Shown: positions 1-12,921 of the stretch, one piece after another | Numbering within the stretch: position 1 is the stretch's first letter | Layout of the letters: every line of letters starts with the position of its first letter | Source of the DNA: Cyanophora paradoxa CCMP329 | Lineage: Eukaryota; Plantae; Glaucophyta | Length of the DNA stretch: 64,000 bases | Direction of reading: 5' to 3' | Assembly (NCBI GenBank): GCA_004431415.1 | Contig: QPMI01000519.1 | Span: 186,001 to 250,000 of the forward strand | The notes under the pieces: model-generated | Told to the model about the DNA's origin: nothing | Databases searched by the model: none | What the model saw: only the letters and a program-made list of their open reading frames with translations | Program-made: the position numbers and the translations under genes

Positions 1-2603
1 GCCTCCCGATCCCGCCGGGCGCCGGGCGCCGGGCGCCGGGGGCGGGGCGCCGGCGCGCATGCACGGGGGTGGCGCGGCCCGCGCGGCGCGGTCAGCGCGC
101 GCGGCGGGCGGCGCGGGCGGCCTTGACCGCCCTCGATCACGATGCCGTAGAGGGGGCCCCCAACGAGCGCCCCCGGCACCGCGAGGGCCGCCGCCAGGGG
201 CGCCGCCACCGCCAGCGCCACCCCCACCCGCACCCGCCCCCTCCGCACCTCCCTCCGCAGCTGCCGCGCCGCCTCCCCCTCCGCGAACTGCATCCCCGCG
301 CACCCTGCGCCCCCCCGAGAGGTCAGGCCGCTGCGGCGGGCGCCGCAGCAGCAGCAGCAGGGGTGCGCTCACCGAAGATGTTGTCCTCCCCAAAATGGTC
401 CGGCGTGTACTCCCCGCCGCAGAGGTAGCAGAACTGTGTACCCCCACCGTCAGCTTCCGCGGTCGCAGCACGGGCCCCGAGCCACGCGGTGCTGCACCTG
501 GTAGCCGCAGCGGCACCTGCGCGAGGGAGAAGGAATGAGGCCGCGGGTACCGCGCGCGGGGCGGGGGTGCGGCGCACGTCATGTGGTTGCACCCGCTGCT
601 GCGCTCGACCATCGCACGGCACCGCCGGCTGGGGGGCCCGAAGGGTGAGGCAAGGCGCGCGTGCGTGCGTGCGGGCGGGTGGGTGGCACCAGCGGCGCAT
701 GGCGCCCCGCCGCTCGAGCTCGAGCAGCGCGCGCTCGTTCGGCCTCTCCCGGCGCGTGTACGCCTGCATGCACGCCAGCGTGAGCCCCGGGGGCGGAAGA
801 GGAGAGGGGGGGGGTGGGGTGGGGGTGGGGGTGGGGGGGGTGGGGGGGCGGGAGAGGGGGGGGGCGGGAGAGGGGGGGGGCAGGAGAGGGGATCGGGGGA
901 GGCGGGTGGGGGGGGGGGGGGCGGGAGGCGGGGTGGGGGGGGGGGGGGAGAGGGGTGGGCGGGGGGGGGCGGGGGGGGGGGGGCGGGGAAGGGGGAGGGG
1001 GGTGGGTGGGGCGGGGAGGGGGGGGGGGGGGCGGGGGCAGAGGAGGGGACCTTGCAGGAGGAGTTGGCGTGCGCGCCGCCGTGCTCGAAGCAGAAGGCGG
1101 CGCGGCACTCCGGGCACTCCACGCCCGGCCGCCTCGCCGACGCCCGCGGGTACAGGCTCACCGCGCCGCACTGCGGGCACTCCCGCGCTGGGCCCCGCGC
1201 GTCAGAGGGCCTGGGGCGGGGCCGGCGGGGGCAGCGGCGGCGGACCGGCCCTGTCGCTGCCGAGGGCCTGGAGGCGCTCGTAGCGCGCGAGGAGCTCCTG
1301 CGCGCCGAGCAGCGCGCTCCGCATGGCCGCCGCCGGCAGCTGCGCGCGGCAGCCGGCGCTGGCGGGCGGCGTCGGCGAGGGCGGGGCCTCGTGGGGGCGG
1401 CGAGGCGGGCGGCGAGGCGGACCCGGGCAAGTCACCGCCGCCCTCGACGCGCTCTCCGCCAGCGCGTGCCTCACGCACTCCACCGCGCACCTGAGGCGCG
1501 CGCTCGTCGGCGGGGGCGGGCAGGGGATAGGATTCCGCAGGGGCGCACGGCTCGCAGATGGGTGCGCCTGGCGGCAGCGGTCGCCGAAGAAGAGGTACTC
1601 GGCCATGCCCTCGCTCTCGGCGGAGTCCTCCAGGCAGACGCTGCACTTCCAGCGCGCCCCGCTCCCGAGGCGCAGCCGCGGCGCGCGCGCGGCCGGAGCA
1701 GCGGCCGGCGGCGGCTGCCGCTGGACGCCGCTGGCCTGCTCGAAGCTCCGGAAGACGGCAGCGAGCTCGGGGCCGGTGCTGGCGCGGGGGCGAAGGGCTG
1801 CGCGCGCGTGCGCGGGCGAGCTGACGGAGGCCTGCGCTTCACGGAGCGCCCACAGGAGGCGCAGTAGCTTCGCTTCGAGCTCTGATTCGAAGGACGACGC
1901 AGGAGGCCCCGGGGTGCGCGCCGGAGAGGTGGCAGGCATGCCCACGCCCGCCGCCGCCGCCGCATCCGTCCTCACCGCCGCCGTCGCCACCGCCGCTGCC
2001 GCTTCCCCCGCCGCCGCCGCACCTGACTCGCCGCCGCTGGCGCTGCTCTCTATGAAAGGATTGTATGCGTCGCTGCTGCTGAGGCGAGATTCCTGTGCGT
2101 GATCCGTGGCGAATGTCGCTGGGGTTGCGGGCAGCAGCTCGTGGTCAAGTGATGTACGTGTAGGCTGGCCCGCCGCGGCTGCAGCTGGCCATGGTGAATT
2201 CGAAGCAAGGTCCGCCGCAGTCGCCGGAGCCACGTTGACGTTGCTGCCCATGGGGCTGTCTTCAAAGGGATTGCGGGAGGCGAAGCTGGTCGTACGCGAC
2301 TCCTGCTCCGCGAAAAACGCAGCCGAGGGCGAGAGCGGCGCCAGCAGGTCGACGAATTCTCCGCTAGAGCTATCTACTCAGGGGTTGTACGCATCGCTGC
2401 CCACGCGAGATTCCTGCTCCATCGCGGTCGGGGGCGTCGCTGGCGGGGGCGTCGCTGGCGGGTGGACGCGTGCGGGGCCTGGAGCGCGAGCTCGAGGCTG
2501 CCGAAGCCGCGGCGCTGCTGGTGTGCTCGATGAAAATCGATTCCCAGCTAAGGGGACTTTCGCCTCCGAACGCGGCCACCTGATCTCCGTTGGACGTGGC
2601 CAT
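1..2603 (-). CDS. RBR (RING1-IBR-RING2) E3 ubiquitin ligase with C-terminal transmembrane helix, RNF144/RNF217-like; multi-exon, 3' end runs off the window
   Basis: Spliced minus-strand exons give RING1 (CSVCLED...CRQAH...CVRH...TCPG..C, ~1650-1340), IBR (CPQCG...VECPECRAAFCFEHGGAH...C, ~1180-1050) and RING2 (VERSSGCNHMTC...QFCYLCGGEY, ~620-400), then a hydrophobic segment VGVALAVAAPLAAALAVPGALVGG (~230-150). The start is uncertain: ATG 2603 or ATG 2251. Confidence 0.85.
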
Positions 2604-2857
2604 GTCGACCTCTAGCGAATGACTGTCAGGTAACCGAGCCGAATGAGCCGAACACGAACCGGGAACAAGAAAGCGTACCGGTACGGCGGTACCGGTAACG
2701 ACTTCGACTCCGCGTGCGTCGAACACGTGCTCGCTGACCGCTCCCTGTGTCTGCCCCCAACGTTGCCGTACCCTGAACTGGGGCTTGCTGTACCCTTCGA
2801 GCCGACGACGACCTCGTGCTTTTGCAGCCCTCGTCGCATTCCGCGCACCGCCTTGCG

Positions 2858-3416
2858 ATGTCAGCGTCCACTTCAGCCGCGCAGACCGCGCCAGCCGCAG
2901 GCTCGAGTAAGAAGACCGGTTTCACGTTCCTGCGCGGCAAACAGGCCGCTGCCACGGAGCCCACGCGTACGTCGACGCCCGTCACGAGCTCAAATAGCTC
3001 AGAATGTTCGAAGCCAGCGTCGGCAACCGCTCCGCAACCGGCGCCCGAGGTGAGCAGCTCGCCGCGCGGGCGCACCCCATGGCCAGGCCCTCTCGCGGTG
3101 TTGCTCACCGCATTCATCCCTCCCGCAGATCGAGCTTCTGGACAAGAAGGGCCCCGGCAGTGGGTGCACGTGCGCGACGCAAGCCAGCTAGCGCGCGCGC
3201 TGCGTGTGCAGTTGCAGCTGCAGCTGGACGCGCTTGATCATGAACGAACCACTGAGTCGGGGCGCCGCGCGCAGGTCCGGCGCGGGTGAGATCGTGACGG
3301 AATACACGCAGGAGCTGCTCTCGCGGACGCGCCAGCTCTGCCGCACCCGCTCCCGCAACGCCGAGCGCGACGCGAACGCCCAGCGCGCCCCCGCCAGCGC
3401 CCGCGCCGCCGCGTAG
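2858..3416 (+). CDS. small multi-exon hypothetical protein
   Basis: ATG 2858 (MSASTSAAQTAPAAGSSKKTGFTFLRGK), GT..AG intron 3050-3128, last exon EIVTEYTQELLSRTRQLCRTRSRNAERDA...* at 3416. No recognisable domain. Confidence 0.45.
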
Positions 3417-3668
3417 GTCGGGCTCTCGGTCGCCCTCGACCGGCACCGCAGCGCCTGGCGATCAAGTTCTGATGCCAACGGAGTTCCATGGCCTCGTGTA
3501 CATTCATTGTCTTCTGCTCATCTGTCTTCCGTACCTAGGCCTGTCCTGTAGACTGACTGTGACGTATTGTGTTGCGCTACCTCTTACCTAAACCGCTACC
3601 CTGGCCTGTAAACGCTGGAGCGAATCGGGAAAGCGTGAAGAAGGGGGGGGGGGGGGGGGCTCGTCCGG

Positions 3669-6234
<2,566 letters not shown>

Positions 6235-6436
6235 CGCGGAATCGGGCCAGGCCCGGACCGCGCCGGTCGCGCGCCAAGCCTCTCAAACCTCGACTTGCGC
6301 ACGAAGTTCACCTTCGTTCGCATACACTTGCACAGCGACCATAAACGGAAGCCGCAATTGCAAAACTAAAACCTAAAGCTAGCGCTCTAATGTACAAGGC
6401 TACTACAAGCATCTATCTAAAGCCGCTGAGCGCGGC

Positions 6437-9400
6437 CTAACCGCGCTGCTTGCGGGGGGAGGTGCGGGCGGGGCCCGCAGCTCCGGCGGGGGCGCCGTGG
6501 CCGTGGGTCGGGGCGGGGTAGGGGCCAGGGCGGGGCAGGAGGCGGGACATCCAGGCGCCGGCGTGGGGCGCCGTCGCCCGGAGCCCCGGCATCGACGGGG
6601 CGCTCGTGAGGGACGACGGCGGCAGGGGCGCTGGCAGCTTCGCCGCCGGTTGGGGCGGGGGCGGCTGCTCGGCGGGTGGGTGATAGCTCGCTGCCCGCTG
6701 CGCAGCCGCAGCTGCCGCTGCCGCCTGCAGAGCAGCGGTCACGGTGAGGGCCGGGGCCGGGCGGTGCGCGGGCGGGTCGCGGAGAGACGCACGGCGGCGG
6801 CGGAGGCGGCTCGGCGCTGGACCACGACGAAATGGCCCACGGCGCTGTCCGGGGCGTCAGATCAGGGCGCGCGGGCGGGCGCGGAAAAGGCTGGAGGCCG
6901 GGGGGCGAGCCTGGGGCGGACGAACGGGCTGCTCGGTACCCCCAGGGCCTCCTTCATGAGCTCGCTCTGCGCCATCGCCGCGCGGATCGCCTGCGCGCCG
7001 GTCGCCCCCGTCACCGGCGAGGCCGGGGCGCGGAGAGGGGCGCGGCGGGCCTCGGCGGCGTCGGGGTGCGGGGCGGGGGCGCCGGCGCCCTCGAAGTGGG
7101 GAAGCCCTCGAAGCTCGCGGCCTCCTCGCCCCCGGCGGGCTCCCCGGCGCCTCCCCTGCCCCTCGCTGAGGCGGCGGCGCGGGGCGACGAGGCGGCGGCT
7201 GAGCCCCGGCGGGACGCGGGGCCGACGCGGGCCCAGGCCCGCGCCCAAGCCGCCCCGCGAGAGCGGCGCCAGCCGGACGGGGGCGGCGGGCCCGAGGCGG
7301 GGCGGAGGCCGGGCGAGGGCGGAGGCCGGCGCCAGCCGAGGCGGGGCGCGGGGAGCGGGGCGAGGGGCGCGCTGGCGGCGCGGCGGAGGGGGCCCTCGGG
7401 GGCCGGGGCGCCGCCGATCTGCTGCGGGGGGTCCCGCGTGGGCATCTCCCACTCGCGCTCGGCGGCGACGGCGAGGGCCTTCAGGGGCAGCCGCCCCGCC
7501 TCCTGGATCCGCGCCGTCCGCGAGAGCGGCCGGATGCGCGTCAGGTCCACCCCCTGCGGCGCCCGCTCGAGCGCCCCGGGCCCGTAGAAGCCCGCAGTGG
7601 GCGGCAGGCTCGGCGCCAGGGGCACGAGGGGCGTCCCGAGCAGGTCGGGGCCGAGGGGGCGTGCACGGGGGCGCCGAGAGGGCCCGCGGCGGGCGCGCCG
7701 GCCCCGGCGGGCGCGCCGCGGCGGCGGGCGGCGCTCCGCCCCTGGGCGCCTCCTCCTCGTCGCTCGCGCCCCCGCCCCCGCCGGGCCGATGTTCGCCGCG
7801 CTCCGCCCGCGCCGCAGCAGCGACCGCGCCCGCGCGCCGCGGCCCCGCGCGTCCGCGCCCCCCTCCAGTGCTTCCGGTGGGGATCCCCGAGCTGCGCGGG
7901 GCCCGGGCCGTCAGGGCGGAGGGCGGCCCGGCGAGAAAGGCGTACCCCCGGCAGAGGCGAGCTGAGCTTGGGACGCGACGGGGTACCCGTCAGCACGCGG
8001 TGGCTCTGCGCCGCACGAGTCGGATGCAGAAGGAAGAGAAAAGAGAAAAGGGGGGAGGGGATGGGGGTACCGTGGAGCCGGCGGACTGGAGGCCCTTGCG
8101 GGGGGGCGGGGGCAGATTCGCGGCGGGGCCGGAGGGGGCATCTCGCGGTCGGAGGCGTGTGGGGGCGGGCGGCGGCGGAGGAGGGGGAGTGGGCGGCGGG
8201 GGCGATGGCGGCTCGCTGGGCCGCCGGCGGCCTCGATGGCGGCGGCCGCGGCGGAGGCGGAGGCGGGGCGGCGCCGGAGGGGACGAGGTCGCCGAGATGG
8301 GCCGCGGCGGCCGCCGCTTGAAGGATGAGGACGCGGGGGTACCGATGATCCCCACCGTGCTGCGGGGCGGTTGGCCGGGGAGGGGAGTGGGGGAGGGGGG
8401 GGGAGGGGAGGGGGGAGTGGGGCGGGGGGCGGGGGGCGAGGGGCAGAGGGGGAGCACCTGGCGCGCAGCTCGAAGCGGATCTCTGCCTGCTCGCCGGCCG
8501 GGGGCGGGGCGGCCGCCGCCACGGCGCCGAGCCCCGCCGAGTTGGGCGTCGGCGGCGGCGGCGGCACGTAAACCGTCACGTAGTAGTACCCCAGCGCGAA
8601 GCCCTTGTCCGACGGCTGCGTCGTGCGGGGTACGCGTCAGCCCCGGGGGGTGGACGCGGGAGGGGTACGGGCTCGCCCAGATCTGGACGATTTCCTCCTC
8701 CCCCTCGATCTCGGACCGCCAGCGGTGGTGCGTGTCGGAGGGGTACGGGTTCTGTTGCCGGCGGTTCTGTGCGGGCGGGCGGGCGCGGCGCAGGGCGCGG
8801 GGCGGCGGGGACCTTGTTGCAGAGGAAGAGGCAGGCGTCGGGGGCCGCCGTGGCCCGCAGGCAGACCCGAAAGCTGTGCTTCGCCGAGTTGTGCTGCAGC
8901 CGGAAGTGCGCCGCCTCGCCCCGCCGCACGCTCCCCTCGAACGCCCCCGCCCTGCGCCCCGCCCCGCCCGTCGACGTCGGCCGATGCAGGGGAGGAGGGG
9001 GCGCCGGGCCGGGCCCCAGGGGCGGCTCACTCGTCCTTGGCGAGCTCAAAGTGGGCGCGGGCGTTCGCAGTGAGGCGAAAGGCGGCCGGCGTGGCGCCGG
9101 AGGCGTCTGCGCGGAGAGACAGGCCGGCGTGAGGCCCGGGCGGCTGGCGGCGGGCCGGCGGGCGGGATCCCGTCTCGGGGGGCGCCGCGCACAGACAGCG
9201 ATGAAGACGGGCCGCGGGTCCGACAGGGGGACGATCAGCGCGTCGCCCCCGTCCCCGGCGCTCGCCCACTGGTGCTCCTCCTGCAGACGGCGCTCAGCGA
9301 CGAGGCGGGCGACGGAGGCGGCGGCGGAAGCGGCGCACGCGCGAGGGGCGGTCGGTCTCTGTGCTGGCGAAGAGGTCGGGGTCCCCCGACTCCGCCTCGA

Positions 9401-9941
9401 GCCGCAGGAGGAGCCGCCCGGCGTGGTTCGCCGGCGGCCGGTACACGAAGAGCTGCGACCCGTTGGCCGCGAGGCTCCCGCGGTGCGGCACGCCCGCCCG
9501 CAGCTCCGCGTGCGTGGGATCGCTGGCGCCGTGCTGCACGAGCTGGTCCACAATGTCTGCCGAGGAACTCCGAGTTAGCTGGAGGCAGCGTGCGACGCGC
9601 GGCGCCCTTCCCAGCCTCTCCAGCAGCGGGAATAAGCTAGCAGGTCCTGAACTAGACCGATGAGCGCGCGGGGGCGCTTAGCTAAGGCCCCGGGCTCCGC
9701 CGCAACGGTCTGGTCGGCGGCTGTAGTGGGCGGCCTTCGGCAAACCTGTGTAGAGTGCCTGGAACTCCTTGTACTGTGTGGATCTCCGCACGTTTGCCAC
9801 GGCGGCCTTCTTCTCGGGGCTCTGGAGACGTTTCAGGACTTCTGCCTCTAGCAGCTGCCCATGCGCCGACCAAGTCGCCGGGCGCGAGCTCAGCTGCTTC
9901 AGTTCTTCCGCCAGTCCATCTAGGTGGCTGAAACCGTCCAT
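6437..9941 (-). CDS. hypothetical protein with two PPC-like (pre-peptidase C-terminal) beta-sandwich repeats and a low-complexity C-terminus
   Basis: ATG 9941 (MDGFSHLDGLAEELKQLS). Repeat 1: HRGSLAANGSQLFVY...LLLRLEAESGDPDLFAST...HQWASAGDGGDALIV...VFIAV. Repeat 2: FEGSVRRGEAAHFRL...FRVCLRATAAPDACLFLCNK.NPYPSDTHHRWRSEIEGEEEIVQI...GYYYVTVY. Last exon ends RKQRG* at 6437. Confidence 0.6.
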
Positions 9942-10487
9942 CCTTGCAGCGGCCGGCGGTGGCCCTGCCGCGGAGCTCGGAATGACTCCCGCGGGCGTCG
10001 AACCCGGGACTCCGGCTCGCCTGGTTTGGGGGGTACAGCAACCCTCACCACCACTTGCGCGCGCGGACGATTATGCGTCCGTCCCCGATCCGAGCGCCTG
10101 GGCTACGGCGTGCGCAGCATGCATATGCGTCCTGAGCTCTCGCCCGCACTCCGATCCGTCCCCGCAACGAGCTACGCTGCAGTCCGCGGCCGCGCGCGCG
10201 CGCCGCGCAGCCGAATCCGGATCCGCGGCCGCGGCCCGCGGCACTGCGGCACTGCATGCGCAGTCTGATTATATAACAAGCGAGTCCCTGCGGAGCAGGA
10301 GTGGCCTTGGGTCTTGGGGTCTCAATTAAATGCATGCGCAAGGCGTGAGGGTGGCCGCTCGAGCTCTTTGTTTTATAACAAGGCCCGCATGCGCATGCGC
10401 AACCGCGCGCGGTTACGGGGGAGGGGGGAGGAGAAATAGGGGGGTCCACTTGGCAAGGGTACACACTCAAGTGAGAGGGTACAGAAT

Positions 10488-10507
10488 TGTGCTGCAAGGG
10501 TACAGAT
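10488..10507. repeat. left target-site duplication of the LINE (20 bp)
   Basis: TGTGCTGCAAGGGTACAGAT, identical to 21228-21247; the final T overlaps the T-tract. Confidence 0.9.
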
Positions 10508-10623
10508 TTTTTTTTTGCAAAAGTGGACGTCGCATTGATACACCACGGCACATGTATCAATGTTCTACGTGACGTGCCCTTCCGACCGGTCATCTATCTA
10601 GCCGAGGGTGCTAGCTAGGTGCC

Positions 10624-10903
10624 TGTCGCATCCGACATTATCGGATGCTCATTTATATTTGTGAGCCGCTAGGGCTCTAGATTATGTCAGCCTTCGAGCT
10701 GCTGGACCGACGGCGCCTAGGCTAGTTAGAGCGCCGCGGTCACTTGTATTCGTGTCGGGGTACGCCGTATCTGGACGGGTACACCCAGAGTCGAGGTTTG
10801 GTGACTAACTACAGCGACACTCGCCATTCCCTGCCCTGCCGAGCTTGCACTCCGCACGGGCGTCCCGCGCGCACGATTAGACACACTAATCTCGCACGCG
10901 ACA
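10624..10903 (+). repeat. 5' LTR
   Basis: Identical by eye to 15610-15889; starts TGTCGCATCCGA and ends CACGCGACA. Confidence 0.95.
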
Positions 10904-10928
10904 GGCGCCATTCTGCCGGAATCGAACC
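10904..10928 (+). promoter_or_regulatory. primer-binding site, complementary to a tRNA 3' end with tRNA-Sec-like geometry
   Basis: GGCGCCATTCTGCCGGAATCGAACC directly follows the LTR. Its reverse complement GG-TTCGATT-CCGG-CAGAATGGC-G-CC reads as T-loop, 4-nt T-stem strand, 9-nt acceptor strand, G discriminator and CC(A). Confidence 0.8.
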
Positions 10929-11393
10929 TTCAAGGGTCTGAGTCCGTATCGCTCTCCCCAGCCCCGCCGCGCAGCGCGCATCGCTGCGCCGCCTTGCCCA
11001 GTGTCTATTGGAGCCAGAGACCTGCTTTCCGCGCGAGCGCCGTCCCCACGGTTGCTTTGCGTTTGAGTGCGCCGCCCTGTACCGCTTGCGGTTGGACGGT
11101 AGTGCACCGGAAACGTCTCTAGTGCCTATCGCGGGCTTCGGGTCATCCCCAGACCGAAGCGCACGCGCCGAGCTCTCTCTCGAGAGTCTCATCATTGCCT
11201 GTCCCATCGCCGGTTGCGAGCAACCGTGCCACGGAGACTGCTGCGAGCAGCTCTCTAAGTGTCCCTGAGTCGCGCTCTTGCGTGACCGCGAGATCTCCGC
11301 GCCGGATTCTGCAGCGAGCTGCAGATCAAATCCCGCGCCTAGTGCTCTCCCTGGCATCTTGTTCTTGCGGCTTTACGTTGCAAAGAGAACACC

Positions 11394-12921
11394 ATGTCAA
11401 ACTCTTCTGAACTGATCAGTTCTGAAGTCCGTAGCCGGCTGTCTGCCCTCGCGCACATCGCGCCTGTGCATGCCCAGGCTGGTGCTGCTTTGCATGTGCA
11501 GCAACTTGCTGCCTCCGCTGCGGCGGACGATGATCCCGTGCGGATCGCGTTCCTGCCTGCGAATCCGCGCCTCGCCGATGGCGACCGGTTCCGGAAGGAT
11601 GTGCGGAACTTCCAGTCGGCCCTGCCGACGAAGTACTTGTTTGGCCCGGATTCTGCCGGTGGCCAGGAGTACTCAAAGTCGGAGGCACTAGCCGGAGTGA
11701 TCGTTGGGCGAATCCGCCCCGGCGCTCTCCGCGCTGAGATCGAGCGCAAGCGTGACCTCTATGAGGCCTCGGTTGCTCTCCTAGAGCGTGACCGCGCCAC
11801 GCTCGCTCGTCTCGAGCTTGTCCCGGCAAACCTGCGGTCTGCCGAGGATGATGCCAATATTCTCGCTCTGCAGCAGAGCTGCGTGCGTGATGAGGCCACG
11901 ATCGTGGCCGTGCGTGACTCGTACTTGCGTGCCCCCGGGCTGCTCGATACGATCACGGCGTGGATTCACAAGCTGCGCCCACATGCGGCCCGCCGGGCCC
12001 TCACTGAGCCCTACACGGGCGAGGACCCCGCTCGTGGCATGACTGGGTCATGCCCTTGTGCGGCACACACTGCCGCCGGGCCAGCGGCTCGCTGCGTACT
12101 ATGCGGATTGCCTGCGCATCGCGCTCGAGGCCCGCTCGACGAGCGAGGACCCGGAATATCAGAACCTTGAGGTTCGGATGGCCGGCTTCGCCAAAGAGAA
12201 CGAGCGCACCATGCGCGAGTTCCTCGCTGCGCTGCAGCAGCGCCTCCTTGCCCGTGACGGCGCTGTCTCGCCGCTCGAGCTTGATGATATTTTCATCGAG
12301 CAGTGCACGCGCCACGGCTGCCGCGCCGTGTTCCCGCCTGCACCGGCAGCTGCTGAGCCGCCAGAGGCAAAACGGACCCGTATCCTGCAGGCAAAGTTTG
12401 CCAAGGATGAGTCCTCGAGCTCCCCTGGCCCTGCTGCGCCTCGGGACGCTGACCCCAGGGCCCAGCCCTCGATCTCTGCACGTGGGTCCTCTTGGGCTGT
12501 GCAGTCCCGCTCGCCTGCCGCCGTCGCGGAGGTGCTGCGGCGCATGTCTGAGCTCGGGTACCCCGAGTACCCCCCCTCAGACTGCTATGGGTGCTCAGAT
12601 GACCCTAGCGTCCCCGTTGCGGCGCGGCGTCATTGGGCAAATGTGTGCCCCAAGCGCACCCCATTCGCCCCAGTACGCCCCTGGGTGCACCGCGGCCAGT
12701 ACTATCGGCCAAAGCAATCCCAAGAGGATGCTGCCGACGAGCAAGAGTACTGGTCCGACGAGGGAAAACAGGACCCAGACGAAGTCTGCGGTCGCTGTGG
12801 CGAGGCAGGGCACCACCACAGTGCCTGCTCCGACCCCCCCACACGGGCTGCTCGCCCCGCGCTTCCTGCGCCCTCAAGCTCGGCGGCTCCAACCGCACGC
12901 CCTGCGGCGGAGCGTGAGTGA
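11394..12921 (+). CDS. gag: Gag-like protein of the LTR element, split by a +1 frameshift near 12042
   Basis: ORF 11394-12170 continues in the +1 frame (ORF 12058-12921), which contains CYGC-x12-H-x4-C and the canonical zinc knuckle CGRCGEAGHHHSAC (CX2CX4HX4C). Confidence 0.8.

Noticed and set aside
806-1046. Extreme G-run tract (also C/G runs at ~34150, ~40155 and ~43530) as a functional G-quadruplex or repeat element
   Set aside because: These are intronic or intergenic low-complexity runs where homopolymer lengths are unreliable, so no claim can be supported.
6497-9073. 858-aa plus-strand ORF (and similar long Arg/Gly/Pro/Ala-rich ORFs such as 49851-51629, 53645-55282 and 55826-57625)
   Set aside because: These are shadow frames or read-through of stop-poor GC-rich introns. 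The real genes are spliced and are on the other strand or only partly in these frames.
10904-10945. tRNA gene on the minus strand (GGTTCGATTCC B-box)
   Set aside because: Only the last ~25 nt of a tRNA are present, directly abutting the LTR. It is a PBS with no D or anticodon arms.
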